55,695 bases of DNA, taken from positions 1 to 55,695 of the forward strand of contig DASTMJ010000205.1 in assembly GCA_035714205.1 (NCBI GenBank), in the 5' to 3' direction. Numbering within the stretch: the stretch's first letter is position 1; every line of letters begins with the position of its first letter. Shown here one piece after another: positions 17,100 to 27,395 of this stretch. The stretch is from Flavisolibacter sp. GTDB lineage: Bacteria; Bacteroidota; Bacteroidia; Chitinophagales; Chitinophagaceae. The notes beneath the pieces were generated by a model. That model saw only the letters and a list, made by a program, of their open reading frames with translations, made no database searches and was not told where the DNA came from. A program made the position numbers and the translations under genes.

Positions 17100-17202
17100 A
17101 AACCATCACCTGCTGAGCACTTATTGGAATTCTACGTTATTAACTATTTCTCATGTGCATATAATATGCACATTCCGGGGCCTGTTTTTACAGGCCCTTT
17201 TT
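17100..17202 (+). ncRNA. Candidate sRNA (C), 5' end uncertain
   Basis: Plus-oriented terminator GGGCCTGT-tttt-ACAGGCCC-TTTTT with no plus-strand CDS nearby; same TTCTCATGTGC seed as B; hairpin 17153-17173. Confidence 0.45.
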
Positions 17203-17211
17203 GTAGCAATA

Positions 17212-17718
17212 CTATTTTATTTTCACCTGCAGGTCTTTAAGGCCTTTCCATTCAAGATAGTGAACCAGCTCTTCAGCTTCATCGCCCCCTCTCTTTGCAT
17301 GATGTAATAGAGTAAATCCATGTGCTCCTAACGAATAAAGTAATGAAGGATATTTTTCAAGTACTGCTTTTACAATAGCTGTTTCTGCTAACATGGTTAA
17401 CACAAACAGGTTTGGCCGTGCGCCTTTATCAATCAGGTATCTTGCAATTTCCTTATTGCCAACATGCCCTGCTCCTTCAATAGCTTCTTCAAAATCACCA
17501 TTGCCCCAATCGTAGCGGCAATATAAAAGATTGGGATATTGACCGAGTAGTTCTTTTACTTTTTCAAGATTATTATGCCCTGCACCAACAAATTCTTTTA
17601 CTAATTCTGTTTTATAAGGCTCATTCAAATGGCTTTTATTTTGTTTAGCCATTACGGGGTTAAAAATGAGTGCGGCGCCTCCTAAAAAACTTTTTTGCAA
17701 AAAGTACTTACGGTTCAT
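17212..17718 (-). CDS. Ankyrin-like exported protein
   Basis: Tat-like N-terminus MNRKYFLQKS; ankyrin-type segments GHVGNKEIARYLIDKGA and TLLHHAKRGG. Confidence 0.7.
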   Translation of the reverse strand: MNRKYFLQKSFLGGAALIFNPVMAKQNKSHLNEPYKTELVKEFVGAGHNNLEKVKELLGQYPNLLYCRYDWGNGDFEEAIEGAGHVGNKEIARYLIDKGARPNLFVLTMLAETAIVKAVLEKYPSLLYSLGAHGFTLLHHAKRGGDEAEELVHYLEWKGLKDLQVKIK

Positions 17719-17785
17719 AAAAATGAATTCAGTTGTAGTAAATTACTTTAAATAACCCAGCCTTTTATGCCGCTGGTACATAAAT

Positions 17786-17818
17786 AAAAAAGTTCCTTCT
17801 TTTCGGAAGGAACTTTTT
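17786..17818. terminator. Intrinsic terminator downstream of the M1 peptidase
   Basis: AAAAAGTTCCTTC-ttttcg-GAAGGAACTTTTT. Confidence 0.82.
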
Positions 17819-17836
17819 ATCTGTTATTTTAATTAT

Positions 17837-20164
17837 TTAGAAACCTTTCTTTTTCTCTGCTTCTTTTTGCATGGCATTTTTTTGTTCAAACTTATGCGAT
17901 TTGAAAACCTGGAAACGCGAAGGTTGAGATGGTGTTTCGCCCCAGCTGTTATTGCTTTCATTAATATCAGCTGTCTCCTTGTTTGGATCCAGTTTGACAG
18001 ATTGTACTTCCTTGTGTTTTACAAACACCTTCTTGATATTCTGTTCATTTTTTCGCCATACTTCGGCAGGTATGCGTTCTATTTCTTTAGTGCCATCTTT
18101 AAATGTCCACTCCAGTATAATAGGCATTACCAACCCGCCCTTGTTTGACAAGTGCAGTTCGTAATAGTTTGTATTGCCATATTTGGAGGCTTTGGTAGCA
18201 GAATCAGGTGATTCATTATACAAGGTATAAGAAATCTTTTCTACCGAATCGGCTGTATTCCACGGTTGATAGGTTGTATAAAAATCACGGGAAGCTGTAT
18301 CGCTGTCAATCAGTTGCGGAGTACCAAATTCTTTGTTGTTCTTTATAGTGATGTCTTCAAAAGGTTTTTGATGTCTTTGTTCGGTAGACATTTCTCTTTT
18401 TGGTAATTGAGCCAGGTTTACTTTGTACCATTTCATGCTGTCAATGGCAATATCAACGGCATCAATTCCGTAAAACCATCCTCTCCAATACCAGTCAAGG
18501 TCTTTGGCACTGGCATCTTCCATGGTTCGGAAAAAGTCGGCCGGTGTGGGGTGTTTAAAAGCCCAGCGACGTGCATATTCTTTAAATGCAAAATCAAAAG
18601 CTTCGCGGCCCATGATGGTTTCTCTAAGAATATTCAGCGCTGCTGCGGGTTTGCCATACGCATTGTTGCCAAACTGTATAATATTCTCGGAATTGGTCAT
18701 GATGGGCTCCAATTGATTTTTTGGAAGCTTCATGTAATCAGTAATAGTAGTGGTGGGCCCCATGGTTGATGGGAAATTCACATCAAACTCTTTTTCGGTT
18801 AAAAACTGCACAAATGAATTAATGCCTTCATCAAACCAGCTCCATTGGCGTTCATCGGAGTTGATGATCATGGGGAAAAAATTATGTCCCACTTCATGAA
18901 TGGTCACAAAGATCATGGCATTGCGTGTGGCTTCTGAATACGTACCATCTTTCTCTGCACGGCCGGGATTAAAGGCGATCATGGGATATTCCATACCTGC
19001 ATTGCCTTCTACACTTTGTGCTACCGGGTAAGGGTAGGGGATAGTATATTTTGAGTAGGTTTTAATAGTATGGGCTACCAGCCTGGTTGAATATTTCCGG
19101 TATAGAGGATAAGATTCCTTACTGTAAAAACTCATGCACATCACTTTCTTTCCTTCTACATTAGTGGCCATCGCATCCCAAATAAACCTGCGACTGGTTG
19201 TCCAGGCAAAATCACGGACGTTCTCTGCCTTAAAAATCCATGTTTTTTGAGATTTACTTTTTTGTTTTTCTGCAGCTTTGGCTTCGTTCAGAGTAACAAT
19301 CTCTATGGGTTCTTTTGCTGATTGTGCCTGCTTCCAGCGACTTAGCTGAGCAGCATTCAATAAAGAAGAATAGTTCTGGCATTCGCCGGTGGCACCAACA
19401 ATATGATCTGATGGTACCGTTACCTGTACTTTAAAATTGCCAAAGGTCAGTGCAAATTCACCCCGGCCAGTGAATTGCTTATTCTGCCATCCCTGGAAAT
19501 CACTGTATACACACAACCGCGGATACCATTGGGAAACTGTGTACAGGTAATTGCCGTCTTCAGGAAAAAATTCATAACCGCCACGGGCATCCGGAGTTTT
19601 CATACGGTCAACCATATAATAATGCCACTTTACGTTAAAAGAAAATCGTTGACCCGGTTTTATGGGTTTAGGAAGGTCTATACGAAGCATGGTTTTATTA
19701 ATAGTATAGGAAATGTTTTTCCCCGAACTGTCTGTCAGCGCTTCTATTTTCATACCATGCTTTTTCATTTCTTCTTTACGATCCAGCATTCGTAATGAAG
19801 TTTCGGACATGATAGGGTTGATGCCGCTCTGGTCAAAAACAAGATTATCGGCATTGGGATCGTGCTGGTTTTCATCCAGCTGAAGCCACAAATAGGTTAG
19901 TGCTTTTGGAGAGTTGTTATAGTAGGTGATTTTTTCTTCACCATCAATTCGCTGCGTTTCATCATTTAACCTGGCTTTAATGTCATAGTCGCAACGTTGT
20001 TGCCAGTATTTGGGTCCTGGTGACCCATCCGCCATACGGTATTCATTGGGTGTAGGCAATAAATTTTCTATTTGTTCAAATTTATTACCGTGGTTGGATC
20101 CTGTTTGTGCATGTGAAGCAAGGTAAAAGAAACTGAGACCTACAAATAAGTATCTCTTGTGCAT
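17837..20164 (-). CDS. M1 family zinc aminopeptidase (exported)
   Basis: GMEYP and HEVGH-x18-E (WFDEG); signal peptide. Confidence 0.93.
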   Translation of the reverse strand: MHKRYLFVGLSFFYLASHAQTGSNHGNKFEQIENLLPTPNEYRMADGSPGPKYWQQRCDYDIKARLNDETQRIDGEEKITYYNNSPKALTYLWLQLDENQHDPNADNLVFDQSGINPIMSETSLRMLDRKEEMKKHGMKIEALTDSSGKNISYTINKTMLRIDLPKPIKPGQRFSFNVKWHYYMVDRMKTPDARGGYEFFPEDGNYLYTVSQWYPRLCVYSDFQGWQNKQFTGRGEFALTFGNFKVQVTVPSDHIVGATGECQNYSSLLNAAQLSRWKQAQSAKEPIEIVTLNEAKAAEKQKSKSQKTWIFKAENVRDFAWTTSRRFIWDAMATNVEGKKVMCMSFYSKESYPLYRKYSTRLVAHTIKTYSKYTIPYPYPVAQSVEGNAGMEYPMIAFNPGRAEKDGTYSEATRNAMIFVTIHEVGHNFFPMIINSDERQWSWFDEGINSFVQFLTEKEFDVNFPSTMGPTTTITDYMKLPKNQLEPIMTNSENIIQFGNNAYGKPAAALNILRETIMGREAFDFAFKEYARRWAFKHPTPADFFRTMEDASAKDLDWYWRGWFYGIDAVDIAIDSMKWYKVNLAQLPKREMSTEQRHQKPFEDITIKNNKEFGTPQLIDSDTASRDFYTTYQPWNTADSVEKISYTLYNESPDSATKASKYGNTNYYELHLSNKGGLVMPIILEWTFKDGTKEIERIPAEVWRKNEQNIKKVFVKHKEVQSVKLDPNKETADINESNNSWGETPSQPSRFQVFKSHKFEQKNAMQKEAEKKKGF

Positions 20165-20287
20165 AAGCAATGTTTTTTTGAAAAATGTGAACTAAGAGTA
20201 TCTGTTGAGGTTCACAATGTAAGCAGCATTCCCTTTACTTGAGCAACCATTTATAAAAAAACAAAAAGCAGTTTCAACAATCAGAGT

Positions 20288-20743
20288 TTACCAGTTATTC
20301 ATTTGTTCTTTTATAATTCGTTCAGGATCTTCTGGTTTATGATCTTTCCAGTCAGGATCATATTTTACAAAAAAGGAAAGCCATAGGCTACGGGCAAAAC
20401 GCATCAACCACGGTTGCAAGGCTATGAGTATTAAAGAATTAAGTGTGATCCAATATAAAAAACGCTGGTCCCGGAAGGAAAATCCTATAATAAGCAGCCA
20501 GAGTAAAAAACTGACTAGAGTGATCCCAATGGCAACCAGGTAACTTACATAACCTGTTCCATAATAAAAGCCCACCTCAATATCAGTTGTCTGCCCGCAT
20601 ACAGGACATTTTTCATTCATCACCATGTTCTTTTTGAAACGGAAGGAAAGTTTGTATTTGAATAAATTTCCTTCCCTGCATCTTGGACATTTACAGGTGA
20701 TGATGGTAATTAAATAACTCCTGTGCGGTGTTTCATTTTTCAT
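20288..20743 (-). CDS. DUF983 family membrane protein
   Basis: CPRCREGNLF..CPVCG zinc-finger-like pairs, GFYYG, two TM helices. Confidence 0.82.
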   Translation of the reverse strand: MKNETPHRSYLITIITCKCPRCREGNLFKYKLSFRFKKNMVMNEKCPVCGQTTDIEVGFYYGTGYVSYLVAIGITLVSFLLWLLIIGFSFRDQRFLYWITLNSLILIALQPWLMRFARSLWLSFFVKYDPDWKDHKPEDPERIIKEQMNNW

Positions 20744-20746
20744 AAC

Positions 20747-22024
20747 CTACAAATACTCCAATACTTTTTCCATCTGCATACTACGTGATCCTTTGATCAA
20801 CAACCGGGCATTTTGGGCATTTGATTTCAACCATAAACCGGCTTCGGCCGTGGAGCTGAATTGTAGAAAAGGATGATTGACCTTCATAAAATCACCACCA
20901 ACCAAAACCACATTCTTCCAGGAATGTTTCTTAATTTCTTCTATAATGGTTAGATGTTCTTCTAAACTGTTTACTCCCATTTCTGCCATGCCCCCTAAGA
21001 CCAAAATTTTATTATTGCCTTTTACCTGGGCAAAGTTTTCAATGGCCACCTTCATACTGCTTGGGTTGGCATTGTAAGCATCCAGGATGATTGTATTGGA
21101 TCCTTTTTTAAGCAATTGAGACCGGCTGTTGGAAGGTGTATAATTTTCAATAGCTGTTTTTATTTTTTCATCGGGAACTGAAAAATATTTTCCTATAGCA
21201 ACCGAAGCTAATACGTTGGATAAATTATATCCACCCACAAGTTTTGTATAAATATCGCCCTGGAAGCCTTTTTCAAAATGAACCACTAAGAAAGGATCAG
21301 TTGCTTTTACAACACCCGTTACGTCGGCGTTGGTTGTTCCATAAGTGTATCTTTTTGAAATGCCCCGGGCACTATTTTCAAGGTAGTCGTAGTCCTTCAT
21401 CAGGAAAACCGTTCCGTCATGTTCCCGCAGGTAGTCAAATAATTCTCCCTTCCCTTTCCGTACACCTTCTTCACTTCCAAAACCTTCCAAATGCGCTTTA
21501 CCGCAATTGGTGATCAGGCCATGTGTGGGCATAGTATAGGTGCAATAGGATTCAATTTCCTTGAGATGGTTGGCACCCATTTCAATAACGGCCATTTGGG
21601 CATCTTTCTTAATTTTTAAGAGGGTTAATGGCACCCCGATGTGGTTGTTCAGGTTTCCTTCCGTTGTATAGGTTACATATTTAGTGGAAAGCACTGCGTG
21701 AATCAGCTCTTTGGTAGTTGTTTTACCGTTACTGCCTGTTATAGCTAAAAAAGGGATATCAAATTGTTGGCGGTGATGTTTAGCTAACTGCTGAAGTGTG
21801 GCCAGCACATCGTCAACAAGAATTATGTTTTCTGAAAGGGCATATTGTTTTTCATCTATAATAGCATAGGAAGCACCGGCGTCGAGGGCTTTGGAAGCAA
21901 ATGCATTCCCGTTGAAGCTTGGACCTTTTAACGCAAAAAAAAGATCGCCTTTCTGAAGTTTCCGGGTATCGGTTTGAATGGTGGGATTTTGTAAATAAAT
22001 CTTATAGAGTTCTTCAGTCTTCAT
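20747..22024 (-). CDS. murF: UDP-MurNAc-tripeptide D-Ala-D-Ala ligase
   Basis: DTRK, ITGSNGKTTTKE, GNLNNHIGVP, EMGANH, DAYNANPSSM, KGSR. Confidence 0.96.
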   Translation of the reverse strand: MKTEELYKIYLQNPTIQTDTRKLQKGDLFFALKGPSFNGNAFASKALDAGASYAIIDEKQYALSENIILVDDVLATLQQLAKHHRQQFDIPFLAITGSNGKTTTKELIHAVLSTKYVTYTTEGNLNNHIGVPLTLLKIKKDAQMAVIEMGANHLKEIESYCTYTMPTHGLITNCGKAHLEGFGSEEGVRKGKGELFDYLREHDGTVFLMKDYDYLENSARGISKRYTYGTTNADVTGVVKATDPFLVVHFEKGFQGDIYTKLVGGYNLSNVLASVAIGKYFSVPDEKIKTAIENYTPSNSRSQLLKKGSNTIILDAYNANPSSMKVAIENFAQVKGNNKILVLGGMAEMGVNSLEEHLTIIEEIKKHSWKNVVLVGGDFMKVNHPFLQFSSTAEAGLWLKSNAQNARLLIKGSRSMQMEKVLEYL

Positions 22025-22073
22025 ACAGCAAAAGTAGGAGTGAATAAAGCTATGAGCATAAATGCCTAAAAAT

Positions 22074-22100
22074 AAAAAACCTCCCGTTTGTCGGGAGGTT
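22074..22100 (-). terminator. Terminator of gldJ
   Basis: AACCTCCCG-tttgt-CGGGAGGTT with an A-tract on the left. Confidence 0.8.
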
Positions 22101-22120
22101 ATATGTTATGTTTTTCAGGA

Positions 22121-23701
22121 TTATCTTTTTTGTTTTTTGCTTTTCCAGAAGTTACCGGTTTTTCTTTTGTTTCCTTCAGGGCTACCCATCCGGTCCATTG
22201 CGCAACGGAAACCAATAGTACTCATAGCCTGGTCTTCTTCAAGAAATCTGCGTGTTCCGGGAACAAGCCAGTAAGCACGGTCGTTCCAGCTGCCACCTTT
22301 ATAAACTCTTGATTTATCAGAGATCAGCGTTGTAATACCATAACCATACGATGAGTTCGATAAGCTGTCACCATCCAGGTAGTTAATAACATTACCACGC
22401 TGGTAGTTACGACGGTTTTTGCTTTCTTCATCTGTAACATCAGCCATCTTCACACGGCCGGTACTGTCTCTTTCAAATCTTTCGTTTGGATCCGTAGCAG
22501 AAGGATCTTTTACATATAATTTCTGGTATTTGTTACCACGAAAAGGGGCTACATCATCCTGGTTGCCGGATACATCCAATCCTGTTAAAGGACGGTAAAC
22601 ATCGGCTACCCACTCGCTAACGTTACCAGCCATATTATAGATACCAAAGCCGTTGGGATAGAAGGCAGTTACTTCAGATGTATAAATAGCACGGTCGTTC
22701 AAACCACCGGCCACACCTGCGTTATCGCCGGAACCTCTTTTGAAGTTAGCCAGGAACTGGCCTTGCCAGCTGCCATGTTTTGTATCACGCAAACCACTGG
22801 AGTTCATGTTATGCGTCCATGGATATACCTGTTTGTTGGATTGTAACTCTTCACCTCTTTTACCTTCTTTCATAGAAGGACGGGGGTTTTGGTTGATCAA
22901 ACCATAAGCGGCATATTCCCACTCAGCTTCGAATGGCAAACGGTAGTCAGGTAAAAGCAAACCATCTTCCATGGTTACAGTAGTACGCGGCGTACCCTGC
23001 GGTGTTTTTAACGGGTTCTTTTTTGAAGTAGCACCTTTTCCGGGCTGTGCCTGGTACATGCCTAACAAGTAAGATTTGGTAGTGAAGTTTTCCTGTCCCT
23101 GTTGACCTTGCAGGCTTTGTTGTGCAACATAACCTTTTTCCATAAGAATACCTTCGTTCACACGGTCGCTTCTCCACATGGCAAAGTCATGGGCCTGCCT
23201 CCAGCTAACACCTACTACGGGGTAATAGTTAAAGCCGGGATGGCGGAAATAATATTCAACCAGGGGTTCATTATAGCTCAATTCGCTACGCCAAACAAGC
23301 GTATCAGGTAAGGCGGCATCAATAATTCTTTGGTTGGCAGGATCATCTTCCGGGTTAAATACACGACCAAGCCAGTACATGTACTCGCGGTAATGGACGT
23401 TGGCGACCTCGGTGCGGTCAATGTAGAAAGAAGGAACTGTAACACGGCGGGGGATATTATCCCAGTTGCCCATTACATCTTCTTCGGTTTGACCCATGGT
23501 AAACGTACCCCCCTGAACAAACACGAGGCCGGGGCCTAAGCCTTGTTCCTGGGATTTGGCTACCTGGTAACCACCTTGATTTTTGTCGTTGTAATTCCAA
23601 CCGGTTACATCCGATTTGGCTTTTTTGTTCTTGCCCAGCAGGTTACAGGAAGAAATAGCTGCGGCACAGGATAAAAGGATTAAAAAATTTCTTACTTGCA
23701 T
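22121..23701 (-). CDS. gldJ: Gliding motility lipoprotein GldJ (FGE-sulfatase fold)
   Basis: Lipobox ISSC; TGWNYND, GPGLVFVQGGTFTMG, LPDTLVWR, RLPFEAEWEYAA, IGFRCAM; between murF and porU. Confidence 0.9.
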   Translation of the reverse strand: MQVRNFLILLSCAAAISSCNLLGKNKKAKSDVTGWNYNDKNQGGYQVAKSQEQGLGPGLVFVQGGTFTMGQTEEDVMGNWDNIPRRVTVPSFYIDRTEVANVHYREYMYWLGRVFNPEDDPANQRIIDAALPDTLVWRSELSYNEPLVEYYFRHPGFNYYPVVGVSWRQAHDFAMWRSDRVNEGILMEKGYVAQQSLQGQQGQENFTTKSYLLGMYQAQPGKGATSKKNPLKTPQGTPRTTVTMEDGLLLPDYRLPFEAEWEYAAYGLINQNPRPSMKEGKRGEELQSNKQVYPWTHNMNSSGLRDTKHGSWQGQFLANFKRGSGDNAGVAGGLNDRAIYTSEVTAFYPNGFGIYNMAGNVSEWVADVYRPLTGLDVSGNQDDVAPFRGNKYQKLYVKDPSATDPNERFERDSTGRVKMADVTDEESKNRRNYQRGNVINYLDGDSLSNSSYGYGITTLISDKSRVYKGGSWNDRAYWLVPGTRRFLEEDQAMSTIGFRCAMDRMGSPEGNKRKTGNFWKSKKQKR

Positions 23702-23915
23702 GGTTGCTTTTTTTGTCTTTCTAAAGGAACACATGGATTTTTCATGTGTCTGCCTTGGTTTAACCTATGTTTGGAATAACTTTAACGCCGTCTGATGGGA
23801 ATTATTGTAACTCCTATTAGATTTCTAAGACAGATGTGCGAATATAGAGAGATTGCTATAAAATAAATAGTGGTTTCTACGTTTTTTGCATGTAAAATCT
23901 ACGATAGCAGCTGCC

Positions 23916-26900
23916 ATGATTATCTCACCAAAGCTTCTGATTCTGAGTGTATTGATCCTGTTTTGGTTAGGGGTGGCTGCCCAGCGAACGTATAAATCTT
24001 CCTCGGTACTTGCATCCGGAAACTGGTTTAAGATCAGTGTAAAAGAGACGGGAGTATATAAGATGGACGCAGCTTTCCTGGCTTCTTTGGGTGTACAGGG
24101 GGCAATACCTTCTGCACAAATCAGGATCTATGGAAATGGTGGTGGAATGCTGGCTGAAGCCAACAGCCAGCCACGGGCCGATGACCTTGAAGAAAATGCT
24201 ATTATGGTTGTAGACGGGGGTGATGGTGTTTTAAACGGTGCTGATTATGTTTTGTTTTTTGCCCAGGGCCCCGATACCTGGAAAAAAGATTCGGCAAACC
24301 GACGATTTATTCATCAAAAAAACCTTTATTCTGAGAAGGCTTTTTATTTTATTACCATTAACGGTAATGGCAAACGCATTCAAAACCAGGATGTACTACA
24401 ACCGGCACCGGTAACTGTCAATACCTATGATGAGAGATATTTTCACGAACTGGATTCTGTAAATTTTTTAGCAAGCGGTAAAGAATGGTTTGGTGAGGAA
24501 TTTTCATCCGCTCCGGGCAAAACACTAAACCGGAGTTTTTTTCTGCCTTTTTCATCGGGTTCGGCGGGAACACTTGTTACCAGTGTGGCTGCCAGATCCA
24601 TCAACCAGGTGAGTTCTTTTTCTGCAGTTCTTAATGGCCAGGTAATGCAGCAGGTTTCTGTAAATCCTGTTGGTGCAGGGGTGTACGATATGTTTGTGCA
24701 AACCGCTGAAGACGAGACCAGCTTTAGTGCCATAGACAACTCTATAACCTTTACCTATACTCCCGGTAGCTTTAACAGCCAGGGCTGGCTTAATTGGTTC
24801 AGGGTCTTTTGCCGGCAACCTTTACGATTTTCTTCGAAACAGCTTTTATTCAGGGATTGGCTAAGTGTAAACAATGCTGCCGCAAACTTTTCTATTGAAA
24901 CCACCGATGTTAATGCACAGGTTTGGGAAGTGACCAATCCATTGGCTCCGGTCAGGATGAATACATCGCTTACAGCCCCGGGCATTTTTTTCACAAACGA
25001 TGCCCTGCAATTGCGGGAGTATGTTTGTTTTTCCCACGATCTTTTAATTCCCCAGGCTGAAGGAAGAATTGCCGTGCAAAACCTGCACGCTGCAACTGAA
25101 ACCGATTTTATCATTATTACACATCCAGAATTGATCCAGCAGGCACAGCGCCTTGCTCAATTTCACCGGCAACAAAATAACCTACGCACGGTTGTTGTTA
25201 CCACGGAACAGGTGTTCAATGAATTTGCCAGTGGAATTCCAGATCCCATTGCCATGCGTGATTTTGTAAAAATGTATTACGACAGGTACAGGGCTAACTG
25301 GCCTGCTTCAGGCAAATACCTGTTGTTGTTTGGAAAAGCTTCTTTTGATTATAAGAACAGGATCGCCAATAACACCAACCTGGTACCTGCCTACCAGAGT
25401 GCTAATTCCATTGACCCATTATCAACGTATACGTCCGATGATTTTTTTGGTTTCCTTGATGATGATGAGGATATAAATTCGGGGGTTATAACGAATCAAC
25501 TGGATATCGGTATTGGCCGTATACCGGCTAAAACTGTTGAGGAAGCTAAAAACTTTGTTGACAAGGTGCTGGATTATCATTCACCCCAATCATTGGGGCC
25601 GTGGCGGACCAACCTTAATTTTATAGCTGATGACGAAGACCAGAATTTACACCTGGAAGATGCAGAAACTGTAACGGCAACCGTTTCTAATACGGCTCCT
25701 TTGTACAACCAGCAAAAGATCTACCTCGATGCCTTTCAACAGGAAGGTGCGGCTGCCGGTGGCCGCTATCCCGCCGCCAACACAGTCATCAACAATAATA
25801 TATATAATGGAACCCTTATCTGGAATTATAATGGACATGGTGGTGCTCAACGGCTGGCAGAAGAAGTAATTTTGGATCAATCCATTGTTGATAACTGGAA
25901 TAATCAATACCGTCTCCCTTTATTTATTACAGCTACCTGTGATTTTGCCCCATACGATCATCCTTTTTTAAATTCATTAGGAGAAAATTTATTGGTGCGG
26001 CCAAAAACCGGTGCTATTGCTTTAATGACGACCACACGTGTTGTTTTTGCTTTCAGCAACCGGATATTAAACAACAACTATTTAAAATTTGCCCTTGAAA
26101 CTACAAGTAATGGCCGCTATCGTTCTTTAGGCGAAGCTGTAATGGCTGCCAAAAATTACACCTATCAAACAAGTGGGGATGTTGTAAACAACCGCAAATT
26201 CACCCTACTTGGCGATCCGGCAATGACCCTTGGATTTGCCGGTCTGGAGGTTCAGGTAACCAAGGTAAATGGGGTGGATATTACATCTGCTGCTGACACA
26301 TTAAGCGCTACCGAGACCGTAAAAATGGAAGGTGTGATAACTGATAGGAGTGGCGTTTTACAACAGAATTTTTCAGGCACGGTAAGCCTTTCATTATTTG
26401 ATAAACCCAGAACGATAACCACGTTAGCGAATGATCCCGGCAGCATAGCGGTGGGCTTCCAGGATCAAAGCAGTGTATTATTTAAAGGAAAGGCATCGGC
26501 GGAAGCAGGAAAATTTACTATACAATTCAGGTTGCCCAAAGACATCAACTATCAGTATGGCAAAGGAAAGATCAGTTTGTATGCACAGGGTGGAACCAGC
26601 AGTGCCAGCGGCTTTTCTACCAATGTTGTCATTGGAAGTATTGGCGCCGGCGGAATCTCTGATACTGAAGGTCCGGTGATAAAGGCCTATCTGAACGATG
26701 AAAAATTTGTGACTGGTGGTATCACGAACAGTAATCCAGTTTTGCTCCTAAAGCTTTTTGATTCATCTGGCATCAACACCGTTAGTTCGGGCATTGGCCA
26801 TGATATTGTTGCCACCCTTGACAACAACAACAATATTTATTATGTGCTGAATAATTTTTATGAATCTGACCTGGATGACTACCAGAGAGGCACGGTCAGG

Positions 26901-27320
26901 TTCCAGTTGCCACAGCTTGATGCAGGCACTCATACTCTTAAAATAAAAGTATGGGATGTAATGAATAATTCAAGTGAGTATGTGCTGGATTTTACTGTTG
27001 TGGAAAGCGGAGAGCTTAAAATTGACCGGGTGTTGAATTACCCAAATCCCTTTACTACGAAAACATCATTCTGGTTTGAACATAACTATCCGGGAGTTGA
27101 CCTCTCCGCCAAAGTTGAGGTTTTTACGGTTAGTGGTAAGCTTATAAAAACCATTGCTCAAACAATAAATACACCCGGAAACCGTTCCAATGAGATTCTG
27201 TGGGATGGAAAAGATGAGTATGGAAATAAAATAGGTCGCGGCGTTTATATTTATCGTTTAAGGGTTCGTTCTTTCAATGGAAAAACAGCCGATAAATGGG
27301 AACGTTTAGTGGTCTTATAA
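23916..27320 (+). CDS. porU: T9SS sortase PorU (C25 peptidase)
   Basis: SSVLASGNWFKI, DIGIGRIP, YNGHGG, ITATCDF, LLGDPA, C-terminal NYPNPF CTD; precedes porV. Confidence 0.93.
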   Translation: MIISPKLLILSVLILFWLGVAAQRTYKSSSVLASGNWFKISVKETGVYKMDAAFLASLGVQGAIPSAQIRIYGNGGGMLAEANSQPRADDLEENAIMVVDGGDGVLNGADYVLFFAQGPDTWKKDSANRRFIHQKNLYSEKAFYFITINGNGKRIQNQDVLQPAPVTVNTYDERYFHELDSVNFLASGKEWFGEEFSSAPGKTLNRSFFLPFSSGSAGTLVTSVAARSINQVSSFSAVLNGQVMQQVSVNPVGAGVYDMFVQTAEDETSFSAIDNSITFTYTPGSFNSQGWLNWFRVFCRQPLRFSSKQLLFRDWLSVNNAAANFSIETTDVNAQVWEVTNPLAPVRMNTSLTAPGIFFTNDALQLREYVCFSHDLLIPQAEGRIAVQNLHAATETDFIIITHPELIQQAQRLAQFHRQQNNLRTVVVTTEQVFNEFASGIPDPIAMRDFVKMYYDRYRANWPASGKYLLLFGKASFDYKNRIANNTNLVPAYQSANSIDPLSTYTSDDFFGFLDDDEDINSGVITNQLDIGIGRIPAKTVEEAKNFVDKVLDYHSPQSLGPWRTNLNFIADDEDQNLHLEDAETVTATVSNTAPLYNQQKIYLDAFQQEGAAAGGRYPAANTVINNNIYNGTLIWNYNGHGGAQRLAEEVILDQSIVDNWNNQYRLPLFITATCDFAPYDHPFLNSLGENLLVRPKTGAIALMTTTRVVFAFSNRILNNNYLKFALETTSNGRYRSLGEAVMAAKNYTYQTSGDVVNNRKFTLLGDPAMTLGFAGLEVQVTKVNGVDITSAADTLSATETVKMEGVITDRSGVLQQNFSGTVSLSLFDKPRTITTLANDPGSIAVGFQDQSSVLFKGKASAEAGKFTIQFRLPKDINYQYGKGKISLYAQGGTSSASGFSTNVVIGSIGAGGISDTEGPVIKAYLNDEKFVTGGITNSNPVLLLKLFDSSGINTVSSGIGHDIVATLDNNNNIYYVLNNFYESDLDDYQRGTVRFQLPQLDAGTHTLKIKVWDVMNNSSEYVLDFTVVESGELKIDRVLNYPNPFTTKTSFWFEHNYPGVDLSAKVEVFTVSGKLIKTIAQTINTPGNRSNEILWDGKDEYGNKIGRGVYIYRLRVRSFNGKTADKWERLVVL

Positions 27321-27395
27321 AGAATTTCAAAAAGTAATAATTGTTTCGCATATAAACCAAAACTGTCTATTTTCACGCCTTTATAAACAAGAACT

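Noticed and set aside
1-17202. Accessory region as a mobile genomic island
   Set aside because: No integrase, transposase, tRNA or flanking direct repeat seen in the window
23729-23749. Hairpin ACACATG..CATGTGT containing TTTTCATGTG, resembling the sRNA seeds
   Set aside because: Lies in the gldJ leader/divergent promoter region with no plus-strand terminator; treated as incidental
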